DNA of 64,000 nt from Plasmodiophora brassicae. Its lineage: Eukaryota. Shown in pieces: positions 1 to 11,204 of this stretch. The translations under genes and the position numbers were made by a program. The DNA lies in contig CP145418.1 in NCBI GenBank assembly GCA_036867785.1, positions 806,001 through 870,000 on the forward strand. The letters are read 5' to 3'. How positions within the stretch are numbered: position 1 is the stretch's first letter; the number at the start of each line of letters is the position of its first letter. The notes beneath the pieces were generated by a model that saw only the letters and a list, made by a program, of their open reading frames with translations, searched no databases and had not been told where the DNA came from.

Positions 1-2227
1 TCTGCAAAAGATCGCATGTTAACACATCGCCCACAAATCAGTTAGCGTTAAAGTACGACCGAGTTGTCTGTTCTGATAGTCGGCACGGCGCAAGAACGAC
101 GCTGCATACGTCAACCGGTTCGCGGGATCCTTCTGTCGTTCAGCATTTCGATTAACTGCAGAAACATGACCACCAGGCACCTACTTACCTGATCGAGTAA
201 GCTTCGCGCCGCGCAAAGGCTCAACAAGGATGACGGTGGCTCGGCGCACGCGGCAATCATTTCTTCGAGGTGCCCTCGAGATATCCTACTAGCTACTCAA
301 CATCAATGGTATGGAAAGAGGCTATGGAAGAACCTCGGCGATGCATCAGACGCGATAAACTGATCAACGAGGTCTTGAACAATGCGAGCAGCGGTCAGCA
401 CATCGTTAGCACGCAGCTCCCATAAGAAAGCGCTTCCTGGACGACTGTGCTCAAGAGCGTTTGCTGACATCTGAAACAGCGATATGAGTCAGGTCGTTCC
501 AGCGTGAGTCGTTTGGGAATACCATTTTGCAGATAGCGGAGCTCTCATCCTGCATCTGGAGTCTCTGACAAATATCGATCGCCTTCTCAGCTGCGAACTC
601 TGAATCGACATGACGCCAAAGACCCTGGCGGAACGTTTCCCTTCCTGCTGCACAGTTAGCCAACACATGACGGTTGCGAAAGCCACGGCATACCCAGGTT
701 GCCACATTGGACCAGGTACGCGGGAGCAAGTAGCCAAAGATTTGAATCAGCCAGAACCGCACTTCCAAACTCGAACAAGAACTTTTGCCTTAGCGAAACA
801 CCGTCCTGAGCATCTCAGTCAGGACTGGCGCAGATGCTCACACCATGCACGACCGTACTTCAGCGGGACGAATATGACATCCGGCTACGTGCAGTAGGTC
901 GCACAAATGCGCCTCGAGCCACGGCAGGCCCAGCTGGTTTCTAAAGCGCAAACATTGACATACGCTAAACGGAAAGTCAAACGATTCCGTACCGGATTGA
1001 CGCAAGCCCAGACGACGCGTCATTCGACATAATGTTAACCAATGTCTCTTCATACGGGACTGCGTTCGCCAAGGAATTCTGACATGCGTACCGATTAGCG
1101 AAGTTTCTGGTAAATGATAAACCAAGCCGACCTGCGACGACGACTGGCAAGCAGCGACAATGTCACCGAGGTCATTCTTGGCTGCGAAGGGACTCGCAAA
1201 CACGAGCACGGCAATGGTTCCATAGAGCCAGTTCCCATCCGCAGCCATCATAATCGCATCAATATCACCAGAGACAACCTTGGCTAACAACTGCAAGTCT
1301 ACAGATCCTATGTGAACAAGGAGGCAAAGACGGACGCAAACGGGACGTACCCGGTGAAGACGCTACATCTGGCAACTGTGAGAAGTATGCACATTTCTGC
1401 TGGAAGTTTCGGAACGCCTCGTCGAATCGGCCAGCAGTCATCCTGACGTTTTTCGGATCTGCCGCCATTCGGTTACGGATGCCAGCTGCGAATTGAATGA
1501 AGCAGCAGACCGAGAATAGGCACAGCCTGGAGTAGTTTGCAGAGTTCGCCAGCGACAGTATCGAAATCCGTTGCGCCCTCAGCGGAAATTAGTTTCACAG
1601 CATCGGTCAAATACCCTTGAACGGTTAAACTGGCATCACGCGGTCAGTCAACTTGCCAGTATCATGAACGGCGATGGTTGCACCTGGTCACCCGTTTCCA
1701 TAGACTCGCCCCGCGTTCCGGATGTTGCCGAGTGGGAGCGTTGTGAAAGTGGAACCAGGAAACGATTTGCCTCGAAATGGATTCATACGGCAGGACGAAC
1801 ATAACTGGGGCGACGGTTAGTTTCAGAAAAAGCCCCTACTTGTGCAAGGTGGCATACCGTGTGAAAGAAGCCAGATAGACTCGGCAATGCGAACCTGGCC
1901 GTCCAGCTCACCAGCCGCATCCCTGAAACTTCCGAGTTCGGCGATGTATCGGGATGACGAATCAACAATGAAGGCAGAGCGATCTGCCGGATCACATTCC
2001 TGCAGCCCAATGTGGACCGTCTCGAAAACCTGATGCCAGTTCTGCAACAACTGGAACATCGACCGCAATCAACGACAGCGCCGGACACTTTCAGTACGCC
2101 GGTCCCATACCGTTGTGTACGGCGAGTAGTCTTGCAGTGATTTCACTGTCATGCGCGCATCTGTGCCATCCGGCAAGACGGCGACGTCGACGGCCGACCC
2201 GAACGAACACGCTGCTGGCGCGCTCAT
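1..2227 (-). CDS. NUP85: Nucleoporin Nup85-like, multi-exon; 3' end probably at or beyond the window start
   Basis: Exon fragments resemble Nup85 blocks: LAKVVSGDIDAI..NWLYGTIAVLVFASP, LPWLEAHLCDLL (cf. WFVAHLTDLL) and HVDSEFAAEKAIDICQRLQMQDESSAICKMV (cf. TEQKALKVLRICEQRQM..VRSICKIL). Start ATG at 2227 is tentative. Confidence 0.7.
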
Positions 2228-2582
2228 GGTCAACGTCCCGCACGTTCGACTCCGAAACCCGCTGATCCGGACTCCGAGACACGTTCCGCCTACGAGGAAG
2301 CACCCGTCGACTGCCGACAGGACCGGGTAAGCGACGTTGCATGCGTGTAGGCAGGTATGCACAACCGGTTTGTGTACCAGACTGTGTCTGAAATGCCAGT
2401 ATGCCAAGTGCTTTGAGTGCCCAGTAACGGCCGTATGATGGGTGGCATCGTTGGCGTTGCGAATTGGGCACCGGTTTGGAGGCCGCTGCGTCTCTGTAAC
2501 TCCTGCGCATGGAGACTCACACTGGTTTGGCGCCAACCTCGCTGCATCCACACTAGTTGTTAGCCTAGGTAGGCAGTCAACA

Positions 2583-3677
2583 ATGGGTGGCTTATCACCG
2601 CGAGCTGTCGTGACGCTCGCCTGCATCGTGGCTACTGCTGCAATCACGGGCCCGCCAATTATGATGACTGCTGAGTATCAGGTGATCGTCGCGTGCTTGC
2701 CAACCTCCGGCGATGCTAATCGTCTGACTACGACACCAGGCCAGTAAGGTTTTCATGCTTGCAATATCGCTGGCTCTGTACGCCCTGTTCGCTGTATCGC
2801 TTGCGTCGTTCGTGATGGTCATGCCTGGGACGATTGAGAAGGGCACAGAGCCGGACGTCGCTGAGCCTGACGATACAACCGCAAACGGTAAACTTGGAAT
2901 GACATGCCGGGACTGTGATGTCATCAAGGTACCACGATCGCATCACTGCAGCCAGTGTGGGCGATGTATTTTACGAATGAACTATCACTGGTGGGGGAAT
3001 GACTCGCGTCGAATCCTTGTTCGCGAACTGAAGTCTGATGCGGTGCGCTTACAGCTGGCTGCTTGGAACCTGCGTTGGAGCGAAAAACCTGAAGTTCTAC
3101 ACGCTGGCCCTCTTGTACGCGTGCGTCGGATCCGCCGTCAGCCTTGTCATAACCTGCACGAATGCGGATAGATCTTGGGTTGGCGCCCCACCCTGTTCAT
3201 CTTCCAATGATGTCACTGATGAAATTGTGGATATCAGACCTCCTTCCCTGGCGTATTTGCCTTCGTGGTGTCCGTTGCTGTGCAATTCTGTGTATTCGTT
3301 GTTGCTGCTCTCTACCTGAAGCGGCACATCTGGCTGGTTGCCCGCAACCTCACGTGGATCGAGTACGTGGAGAACCTGCAACAATGGAAGAAGCTTTCCG
3401 AGAAAGGTGTGCAACATAACTGGTTACACAAATACGACCACGGGACATGGGCGAACCTGCAGTCAGGTGACGGGTTCTGTCGTACGTCACTCGTTCTTCT
3501 CTGCTAAATTGAACCATGGCAGTGTTCGGTGATGGTTCGCTACTCCTGTGGATCTTGCCCGTTTCGCCGTCGAAAAAGGTGCATGCCGTGGCCGATCAAC
3601 CGAATCCAACTGCTACGCAGCGCCTCGACGAGATGAGCGGCGGCTTTAGCAACGGTCACCAGCGGGTCGAAGCGTGA
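2583..3677 (+). CDS. DHHC-family protein S-acyltransferase (motif variant NYHC), multi-exon
   Basis: Cys-rich domain CRDCDVIKVPRSHHCSQCGRCILRMNYHC-WLLGTCVGAKNLKFY after removing GT-AG intron 2991-3054; four hydrophobic segments; NLTWIE (TTxE-like) and YDHGTWANL (PaCCT-like). Confidence 0.85.
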
Positions 3678-3795
3678 CCGTGTTTCATTCCGCGAATAAA
3701 GCGACGTTGTCATGAGCGATGCAGGCGACACGACCAGCATTCTGTGAACCTGGATTATGTAGCCCGGGTTTAGTGACTAAAACGACATGCTGCAG

Positions 3796-4185
3796 TTATG
3801 ATGAGGCGTCGGACACTGATTCGTGATGCTGTTGATGGCTGCCGTTCGTCCTCAGCTTGCGCTCCAGCGCCTTGACGCGCGCGTCAATGGCGCTGACAGC
3901 GTCATCGATACGCGCCGATGACGCCCAGATATCTTCACGAAGCCGAGCGTAGCCGAACGCAGCCGTCACCGCGACCCCTGTTGCGAAGTATCCCAGGCGC
4001 TCCTGCCAGGATCCTGCCCGGCTGCCCGGCTTCCCGGCCTTCGCAGCAGGCGCGTGCGACGCCTCCGTCGCCGGTCTGGGCGGCGCAGGCTTGGAAACCG
4101 CCGTACTCGGTTCGCCACCCTTGGCAACGGCGACATCGCCCGCCCAGCGTCGACCCAGACGCTGGGCCCACCCGCACCGAATCAT
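3796..4185 (-). CDS. Small hypothetical single-TM protein with Arg-rich N-terminus and C-terminal coiled coil (possibly mitochondrial)
   Basis: 129-aa ORF MIRCGWAQRLGRRW...GYFATGVAVTAAFGY...IDARVKALERKL fills the gap between two genes. Confidence 0.5.
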   Translation of the reverse strand: MIRCGWAQRLGRRWAGDVAVAKGGEPSTAVSKPAPPRPATEASHAPAAKAGKPGSRAGSWQERLGYFATGVAVTAAFGYARLREDIWASSARIDDAVSAIDARVKALERKLRTNGSHQQHHESVSDASS

Positions 4186-4495
4186 CTCGATCGCCAAATG
4201 ACAAGGACTGCAGAATGGCGGGTTCAAAATTGGATCGGACAAGAGGGCGACGCCGATTTTCATGATACGTTCGACCTCATTTTGGGCGGGCACAGCACGG
4301 GAACATCGTGCGACCGACCTACTGGCGACCAACCGGCAATCGCCTCTCTGTACGACTGTTTACTTCTTGTGGCTTACGGTGCTACGCATGCCGAACCTCG
4401 GGATTGTCACGCGACCAAGGGACGCTTCAGCGATGTGACAGTTGATAGGTACATGCAAAGGAAACCGTTCTGTGTATGTGCCTCGGATGTTGGGG

Positions 4496-5059
4496 TTATG
4501 ATTCCGCCTCGACTTTCTTCGGCGCCTCGACGTGGGACATGCCCTGTGTTGTCACGAGAGTGAATTCCTTGTCTGACGGTGACACGCTCAGCTAAAGAAC
4601 TGGAGAACCAAAAGAGACAATCGCCCTACCAGGTGTAATTATCAGTTCTCCTTTGAGCGTCCTCAAGCGCAGGGTCACTAGTCGATTCTGCAACAGGCGC
4701 CTCAGTACTGCTTGTACTCCACGCTCAGGCCACATTCACCTCGTCGTGCATAGCGACCACGTCCGTGCCTGGAGCGACCTGCTCTTCGTTCAGTTGTTTC
4801 TCACCATCGAGGAACTTTTGCGTCAGCAGAATCAGTTCCGATGACAACGCGGCCATTTGCACCATCTTCTTCGCGTCCATGCCTTCGGCCTTAATCGGGA
4901 TCGCTGCATCCGCCCGGTTAACAACCGCATGCTCGCATCGTTGGCGTTTCCAGTACCTTGAGCGTTCATGAGCATCCAGCTGGTGACGCCTCCATGCTGC
5001 TGCAGTTTGCGCAGGCAGAGCTCAGGAGAGAACTCATCCTGCAGCGCAACGTCGCCCAT
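4496..5059 (-). CDS. Dynein light chain Roadblock/LC7 family, multi-exon
   Basis: Spliced reading LRKLQQHGGV..LMNAQG-IPIKAEGMD..VQMAALSSELI..NRLVTLRLRTLKGELIITP-DKEFTLVTTQ matches the Roadblock pattern (NDLTFLRIRSKK.EIMVAPDK). Confidence 0.8.
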
Positions 5060-5359
5060 CTCGCGTATCAGGCGGGCTCCTGGCCGAGCGCCCTTGTCCA
5101 AGAAGACAACAACGGTGACAACACTGAGCAGGGCCAGTAGAGTAGACGGCCTGCAAGTATATCCGTCACAGTGGCTGTGCCACGTATTGCCATATGGGTT
5201 GCACCTACAGTGGCCACATGCTGCCTTTGCTGGTCGACCCCAGGCGCATGTATCTATGGCATTGTGGACCTAACGTCTTCGTGGGGTCTGATTTGATCGC
5301 AGGTACTGTGCAATCGATTACCCTACCTTCCCTTGCTATCCACGGTGGTGGCACCCCCC

Positions 5360-6819
5360 ATGCCGACGCTTGACGAGTGGTATCACTACCTTTTCAGTGC
5401 CGTTCTCGCGGTTACAATGGCGAACCGGCCTGTTTATCTGTACCTGTACTGTGCCAGGCACGGCGACTCGCCCGTCATTCGAAACAGGCTCCCACATGCC
5501 TGCGTCGTACTGTTTGTTTCCATATGGGCCACCGAACTCGCGAGCTTCGTGCCTGTGGGGAGCGTGACCTGCTGGGTGCCGTTGCTGCTGTCTCGCTGGC
5601 CGAATTTGGTGACCACCATCATCCCCAACCTTCGTGCGGGGTGGCTTCACTTCAACTGGAAACTCACTCGAGACAAGCTACAGGCCCGTAGTGGCTCACC
5701 TGCCTCGTGGTTGCTTCGACACAAGTTCGTTGTCACGAAGCCGTTCTTTGCATTCCTGCTCTTCGTCGGTGCCGTCCTGTCAACAGTGTTCATCGTCGTC
5801 GAGTGGTTCCTGTATTCGCAGTACAACCCCGACGTCTGCCTGAGCCCGACCGGATCCGGCGTGTTCATCGCCTTCTCCTTCATGGGAATGATTCGGCTGG
5901 CTGCTTCTGTGTACTCACTGCGCCATGCCAACGACGCGTACCACATTTGGGTACGTGGATTGGGCGCACAACGTCCATATCGAGATAACTTACACGTCCG
6001 CTTTGTTCAGCGGGAGCTTTACCTCGATTTCTTCGTGTGGGTTGTTTCTACAACTAGTATAGCGGTCGTTACCTTCACCGTTTCTGCACCCTGTAAGTTC
6101 GTGCAACTTCCCATACCCGTTTCGTGACAAAGGCTCTGCCCATAGCGTTCCCGTTGGTGCCGGTGCTTGTAGCTATAACGTACGAAGTGTACACGTTCGT
6201 CCTATTCGGCAAGCCCATCCTGTGGGCTCGACAGTTCGATGCGTCGCCTACCCCGCTAACCGACAAGGTGTCCCTTGATTCCGTACTCAAAACAGAAGCC
6301 TGCCGCGCTGCTTTCACCGAGTACCTCAAGAGCGAGTTTGCTGTCGAAGCGATTCAGTTTTACGAAGCTGTTGAGAAATACGATGCTCTCTGGAAGCAGG
6401 CGCCGAAGCAGTCCTCTCGCATAGGGGATAGGACCACGTCGGCGTCGAGCAGCAACAGCAGGTACCGTGACGAAAGCGTATATATAGATGCCCTTTCAGG
6501 CATGGACGAGAAGTGGGCCGTTGCCAGGTCCATCTACAATACCTTCATCAAAGAGGACGCCGTCTTACAGGTCAACCTGTCTGGGGATGTTCGCAAGGTG
6601 TACGACGACCTGTTCGCCAACGACGAATCGGTCTCCGCCGACGTCATCCGCATTGACGTCAAGGGGAGCAAAGCGTCGATCGACGCCTCCCTGTTCAAAC
6701 CGGCGTGGCGTGAACTGAAACAAGTCCTCCAGTCAGGGCCGTTTGTCCGATTTATCTGCCACCCATCCGCTCAGGCCGCGCTCATCCAGATAGGAACACC
6801 TGCGCCTCAGAATAAATGA
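5360..6819 (+). CDS. 7TM-RGS fusion protein (copy 1)
   Basis: About seven hydrophobic segments followed by an RGS box (SLDSVLKTEACRAAFTEYLKSEFAVEAIQFYEAV..ARSIYNTFIKEDAVLQVNLS..LFKPAW..GPFVRF); introns 5951-6010 and 6093-6145. Confidence 0.85.
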
Positions 6820-6967
6820 GTCGGACCGATTGTCCAGTTGGTCGGCGATCGGATGGGTCCACGACCGTGTACGGCCCGGTGCTGTTGGGATCAAACGGTA
6901 CGCCGGTATAGTCAATTAGCGGCCTCTACGACGGCCACGCGTTGGCGATCGTCTGCGTCGTCCCACG

Positions 6968-8460
6968 ATGCCGACATACGACAGCTGGCAGAACTATTTG
7001 TTCATCACCTTTCTTGTTGTTAGCCTGCTGAACAGGCCGATTGTATTCTACTACTACTGGATCCGGTATAGGAAATCGCCCGTCATCCGGACCCGGCTGC
7101 CACATGTGTGCCTGGTGCTCTTCCTGGCCAACTGGATCAGCGAAATTGCCGCTTTTGTGCCCTTCAACGGCCGTGACGCCTGCTTGGCCTCACTCCTGCT
7201 TGTTCAACTGCTCCAGCTCGTCACCAGCGTCATTCCTGGACTGCGCGTCGTCTGGCTCCACCTGAACTGGAAGCTGACGCGTGGCAAGATCCTCCAGGGT
7301 CGCCATGGGCACAAGGGCGCCATCGTCACACGGTCATGGTTGCTTCTTCACCCGTACATTGTGACGAAGACGTTCTTCGGACTCGTTCTGTTCGCTGCGA
7401 CCCTTCTGTCTGCGATCTTCGTGATGTGGCAGTGGTTTACATTCGCACAGTACAACCCTGGTGTATGTGTGAGCCAGTCGTTGTCCACGTTGGGGATACT
7501 CTTGTCATTCGCAGGCATGTTTGTACTGGGAACGTTCGTATTCCTTCTCCGACGCGCTAACGACGCCTACCATATTCTGGTTCGAACCATCACTGGGAAC
7601 CCCTTTCGTCTGAATCTGATTTCGCCTGTTCCAGCGCGAGCTTCAGCTCGACTTTGCGGTCTGGATCGTTTCCGTTTCCCTGAGCACTGTCGCCCTCGTC
7701 GTCTTCACGTCATTCAGTAAGTCGCCCTGCATGAGTATAAGGCGGCGCCGTCGATGCTGAGCACAGCCTTTCATCAGGTACGACGGTGTTCCCATTGAAG
7801 TCGCTGGTGGTGTCTGTGACCTACGAGGTGTACCTGTTCACTGCGTTCGTCAAGCCGATCATGTGGGCCCGCGACTTTGACCGTACCGGTGTCGGTTCAT
7901 CGGGACTGGTCACGCTCGAGAGCGTCCTGCGGTCGGATGACGGGCGCGCCGCTTTCACCGAGTACCTCAAGACCGAGTTCGCGGTCGAGGGCATCGAATT
8001 CTACGTGGCCGTCCGCGAGTACGAGGCCCTGTTCCATCGGAAAGGTCGGCGTCGGGCGGCCGGCGGTGCGACACCGCCCGTGAAAACGCAAACGGTGTCC
8101 TCGGACGACTCCAGCGACCATGTCGTCCTGCTGGAGACGACCGTCATCCACGACGACAGACTGCAGGTCGCCAAAGCCGTCTACAACACGTTCATCAAGG
8201 AAGGCGCCCTGATGCAGGTCAACCTGTCCTGGAGCGTTCGCCACGCCTACGACGAGCTGTTCGCCACCGACGCGGACGCGGACGTCATTCACGTTGAAAC
8301 CAAGGACGCCGCGTCGCCAATCGACGCCAACCTGTTCAGGCCAGCGTGGCTCGAAGTGGAGCAGGTTCTGGCGGCGGGCCCCTTCTCCCGGTTCCTGAAG
8401 ACACCCGCCGGTAGCGCCCTCGTTGTCCAAGTCGGCGCGGCGCCAGGAGCCCCTCACTGA
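6968..8460 (+). CDS. 7TM-RGS fusion protein (copy 2, tandem paralogue)
   Basis: Same architecture and intron positions as copy 1; shared motifs SPVIRxRLPH, WLHxNWKLTR, RxANDAYHI, AFTEYLKxEFAVE, QVNLS. Confidence 0.85.
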
Positions 8461-8540
8461 TTGGTGTCGATCGAGAATACAATGACGGGTTTTATCGTTA
8501 GCGGAAGGCTATGCGGGGGGGGGGGGGCGCTCCATCGTGC

Positions 8541-9530
8541 TCAGGGCTGTTCGAACACGCCTGGCCAGACGCCCTCCATCTTGCAAAAGTCGACGTACTC
8601 GTCACACTTGTTGTAGCACTGCGGCGCCGTCCCGAACGAGTACCCGAGCTTGTCGAAGTACTTCTTGATCATGGGGATCGCGCCGAGCGTCCCCTTCTCG
8701 GTGTACATCTTGTCGTGCATGAGGATGATGACCGAGCCCTGCTTGTCGGGGACCATCTGCGTGTACTTCTCGTGGATGCGGTCCATGACGGCGGACGCGT
8801 TGCCGCCGCGGAAGTCCTCGCTGTCCAGGTTCCAGGTCGCGATCGTGTACCCGAGCTCGTTCGAGACGAACTGGGCCCGCGTGTAATCCAACGACCCGAA
8901 CGGCGGCCGGAACATGTTCGCCTCCAGCTTGTCGGCCTGGTCGCCGGCGCAGTCCTTCAGCCACTGCTTGTTCTTGTTCAGGTTGGCGGTCACCTCCTGG
9001 TCGTTCAGGCGCATGAAGTCGACGTGGTCCCACGAGTGCGACTGGACCGAGTGCCCGTCGGCCAGGATGCGCTTCACCAGGTCGCACTTGGACGCGTCCG
9101 GTTCGCCGTCGGCAGCGGGCGACATGAAGAACGTCGCCTTGATGCCCGTGTTCTTCAGGTCGGACAGGACGTTCGGCGTGGCGATCGGCGAAGGGCCGTC
9201 GTCGAACGTCAGGACGGCGAGGCGCTTGTTGGCACCGCACCAGTTGAACGATTTCACGGTGCCTTCCTTGCCGCCGCTCACCGGGTTCTTGCCGTGCGCG
9301 CCCGTCGACGTCCCTCCCATGGCGGACGACGACGCGGCACTGCCCGAACGCGGCTCGCTGTCCTGGTTGTTGTCAACGATGATGTAGATCATGGCGGCGG
9401 ACGCGAGCATGAGCATGAAGCAGACGAGCGCGCAGCAGAATTGCTTCCAGCAGAAGCCGCCGCGCGAGTCCCGCCCTTCGTTCTCGTCGTAGCTCGCGAC
9501 CGAGTACGACGGCTCGCGGTCGTTGGCCAT
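8541..9530 (-). CDS. Polysaccharide (chitin) deacetylase, CE4/NodB family, with N-terminal membrane anchor; intronless
   Basis: CE4 motifs LTFDDGP, SHSWDH, FRPPFG, DSEDF, IILMHD; hydrophobic segment at about aa 31-52. Confidence 0.9.
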   Translation of the reverse strand: MANDREPSYSVASYDENEGRDSRGGFCWKQFCCALVCFMLMLASAAMIYIIVDNNQDSEPRSGSAASSSAMGGTSTGAHGKNPVSGGKEGTVKSFNWCGANKRLAVLTFDDGPSPIATPNVLSDLKNTGIKATFFMSPAADGEPDASKCDLVKRILADGHSVQSHSWDHVDFMRLNDQEVTANLNKNKQWLKDCAGDQADKLEANMFRPPFGSLDYTRAQFVSNELGYTIATWNLDSEDFRGGNASAVMDRIHEKYTQMVPDKQGSVIILMHDKMYTEKGTLGAIPMIKKYFDKLGYSFGTAPQCYNKCDEYVDFCKMEGVWPGVFEQP

Positions 9531-9936
9531 TTTATCGCCCAGGGAGAGCCTCCTTCGTTCGATGATACAAACGCAACAATAAGGGGTACGATAGGTGTTG
9601 CTGCCGCTGTTCGGTGTTGGGCCGGCTTATGGGAATGCGCTGGGCCCATGCCTGATATCACGACAACGGTACGTCGCCCAACGCCCGCACCGCTCCACGT
9701 TGACTCACGATCTGGCTGTCAGTCGATGACGCAACTGGGCGAACCGCCACCGTGACGTCAGCCCCACCTGCCCAGCTCCTGGTCCATCGCCGACCATCAC
9801 CGCTGATGGGCGCTGGCGCGCTGCTCAATAAAGCGGTTCCGGCGCGGGTGCGGCGCGCAACACGCGTCCCCAGCGGGTTCTTGCGATGCTCCCACGACCT
9901 GGAACAGTGGGAACGTGCCTGCTGGTCGGTCGGGCG

Positions 9937-10845
9937 ATGGGCTGTGCCCACCACCGCATGCGATGGGCGGCGTCATCGGTGCGCACGCGCGTCAAGGCGA
10001 AGCGCCGCGTGTTCGTGGATGCGAACCCGGGGATGGCGGGCAGCGGGTCCTCGTTCGTGCCGTTGCCCGTGTCGGAATGCCATCATGTGGCGAATGTGCT
10101 GCGCCTGCAGCCGCCGGCCGAGGTCCTGGTCACGTTCGGTGATGGGCGATGGCTGCCCGGGACCCTTCACCACCAGGACGCATCGGGGACGAAGCGGAAG
10201 AACCGGCAGCAGCTTGGCGTGCTGATCTCGCCGGGGGCGAACGCGGTGGTGTCGGCGGAACCGCTGCCAGTGACGCTGGGCATTGCCCCGCCCAAGGCGG
10301 AGGCCTGGTGCTGGATCGTGGAGAAGTGCACCGAGCTGGGCGTTGACAGGGTCGTGCCGCTCGTGGCACAGTTCGGGACGGGCAATGACCAGCAGCAGCG
10401 ATTGACCGATAAAGGCGTCACTGTCATGAAGCAGGCGCTGAAGCAATGCGAGCGAGCGTGGACAATGCCCGTCGACACGTTCGTCCCAGTTCAGCCGTTC
10501 CTGTCAATGCGACGACGCGCCGCTGGCGACATCCTGCTGGTTGCGATGGAAGCCGAACCCCACAGGGATGGCGATATTCTCACCGTTCTCGATGCGCTGG
10601 ATCAGGAGGAGCGGGCTGGTGACCGACCCGCTATACAGCGTGCGTGTCTGGCTGTTGGACCTGAAGGTGGCTGGAGTGACGAGGAGAAACGGGCGCTGTC
10701 TGAAGCTCGTCAGGCAGGCCAACCGCGATCAGTCTTCAGTGTCGGCTTGGGCAGATACATCCTTACGACCGAAGCCGCCGCCGTCATGGGCACCGGCCTG
10801 CTGTGCGCCTGGATGGAAAGGCGACTCAGTAAGAAGACTGTATAA
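9937..10845 (+). CDS. rsmE: RsmE-like (16S rRNA m3U1498) SPOUT methyltransferase; intronless
   Basis: HHVANVLRL, IVEKCTELGVDRVVPL, ALKQCER, AVGPEGGWSDEE, GLGRYILTTEAAA; Arg-rich N-terminal extension. Start is 9937 or 9958. Confidence 0.85.
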   Translation: MGCAHHRMRWAASSVRTRVKAKRRVFVDANPGMAGSGSSFVPLPVSECHHVANVLRLQPPAEVLVTFGDGRWLPGTLHHQDASGTKRKNRQQLGVLISPGANAVVSAEPLPVTLGIAPPKAEAWCWIVEKCTELGVDRVVPLVAQFGTGNDQQQRLTDKGVTVMKQALKQCERAWTMPVDTFVPVQPFLSMRRRAAGDILLVAMEAEPHRDGDILTVLDALDQEERAGDRPAIQRACLAVGPEGGWSDEEKRALSEARQAGQPRSVFSVGLGRYILTTEAAAVMGTGLLCAWMERRLSKKTV

Positions 10846-11204
10846 ACGTGAATAGACCGGAAGACCCCAAACGTGTCGTTGGGCAGTACCCGCCAACGGA
10901 CCATTCCTGGCCTGCGGCAGGATATTAAGACGTGGATCGCCTGATAAACGAAACGTATCTCCCTATTACGGTGGGGGGGGGGGGGGGGGGGCGTCCGCCA
11001 GTATATGCCTGCACTGACCCCTGGTGCACGCATATGATGACGTACGCGATCCATTCGCCTGGTCTGGAGACTGGCGTACGATCCCGATCGCCAAACGCAG
11101 CTCCGCTAGCGCACGCCGCGCGTGTACGACGTGATCGATCTCGTCCTGCGTACCTTTTAGCAGTAGCATTTGGAACCTAGAGACGCCGAAGAGCGCCCAT
11201 AGCC

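Noticed and set aside
4054-4563. 169-aa + strand ORF between the small TM gene and Roadblock
   Set aside because: Overlaps both neighbouring minus-strand genes and has no recognisable motif.
8511-9755. 414-aa + strand ORF
   Set aside because: Antisense shadow of the chitin deacetylase.
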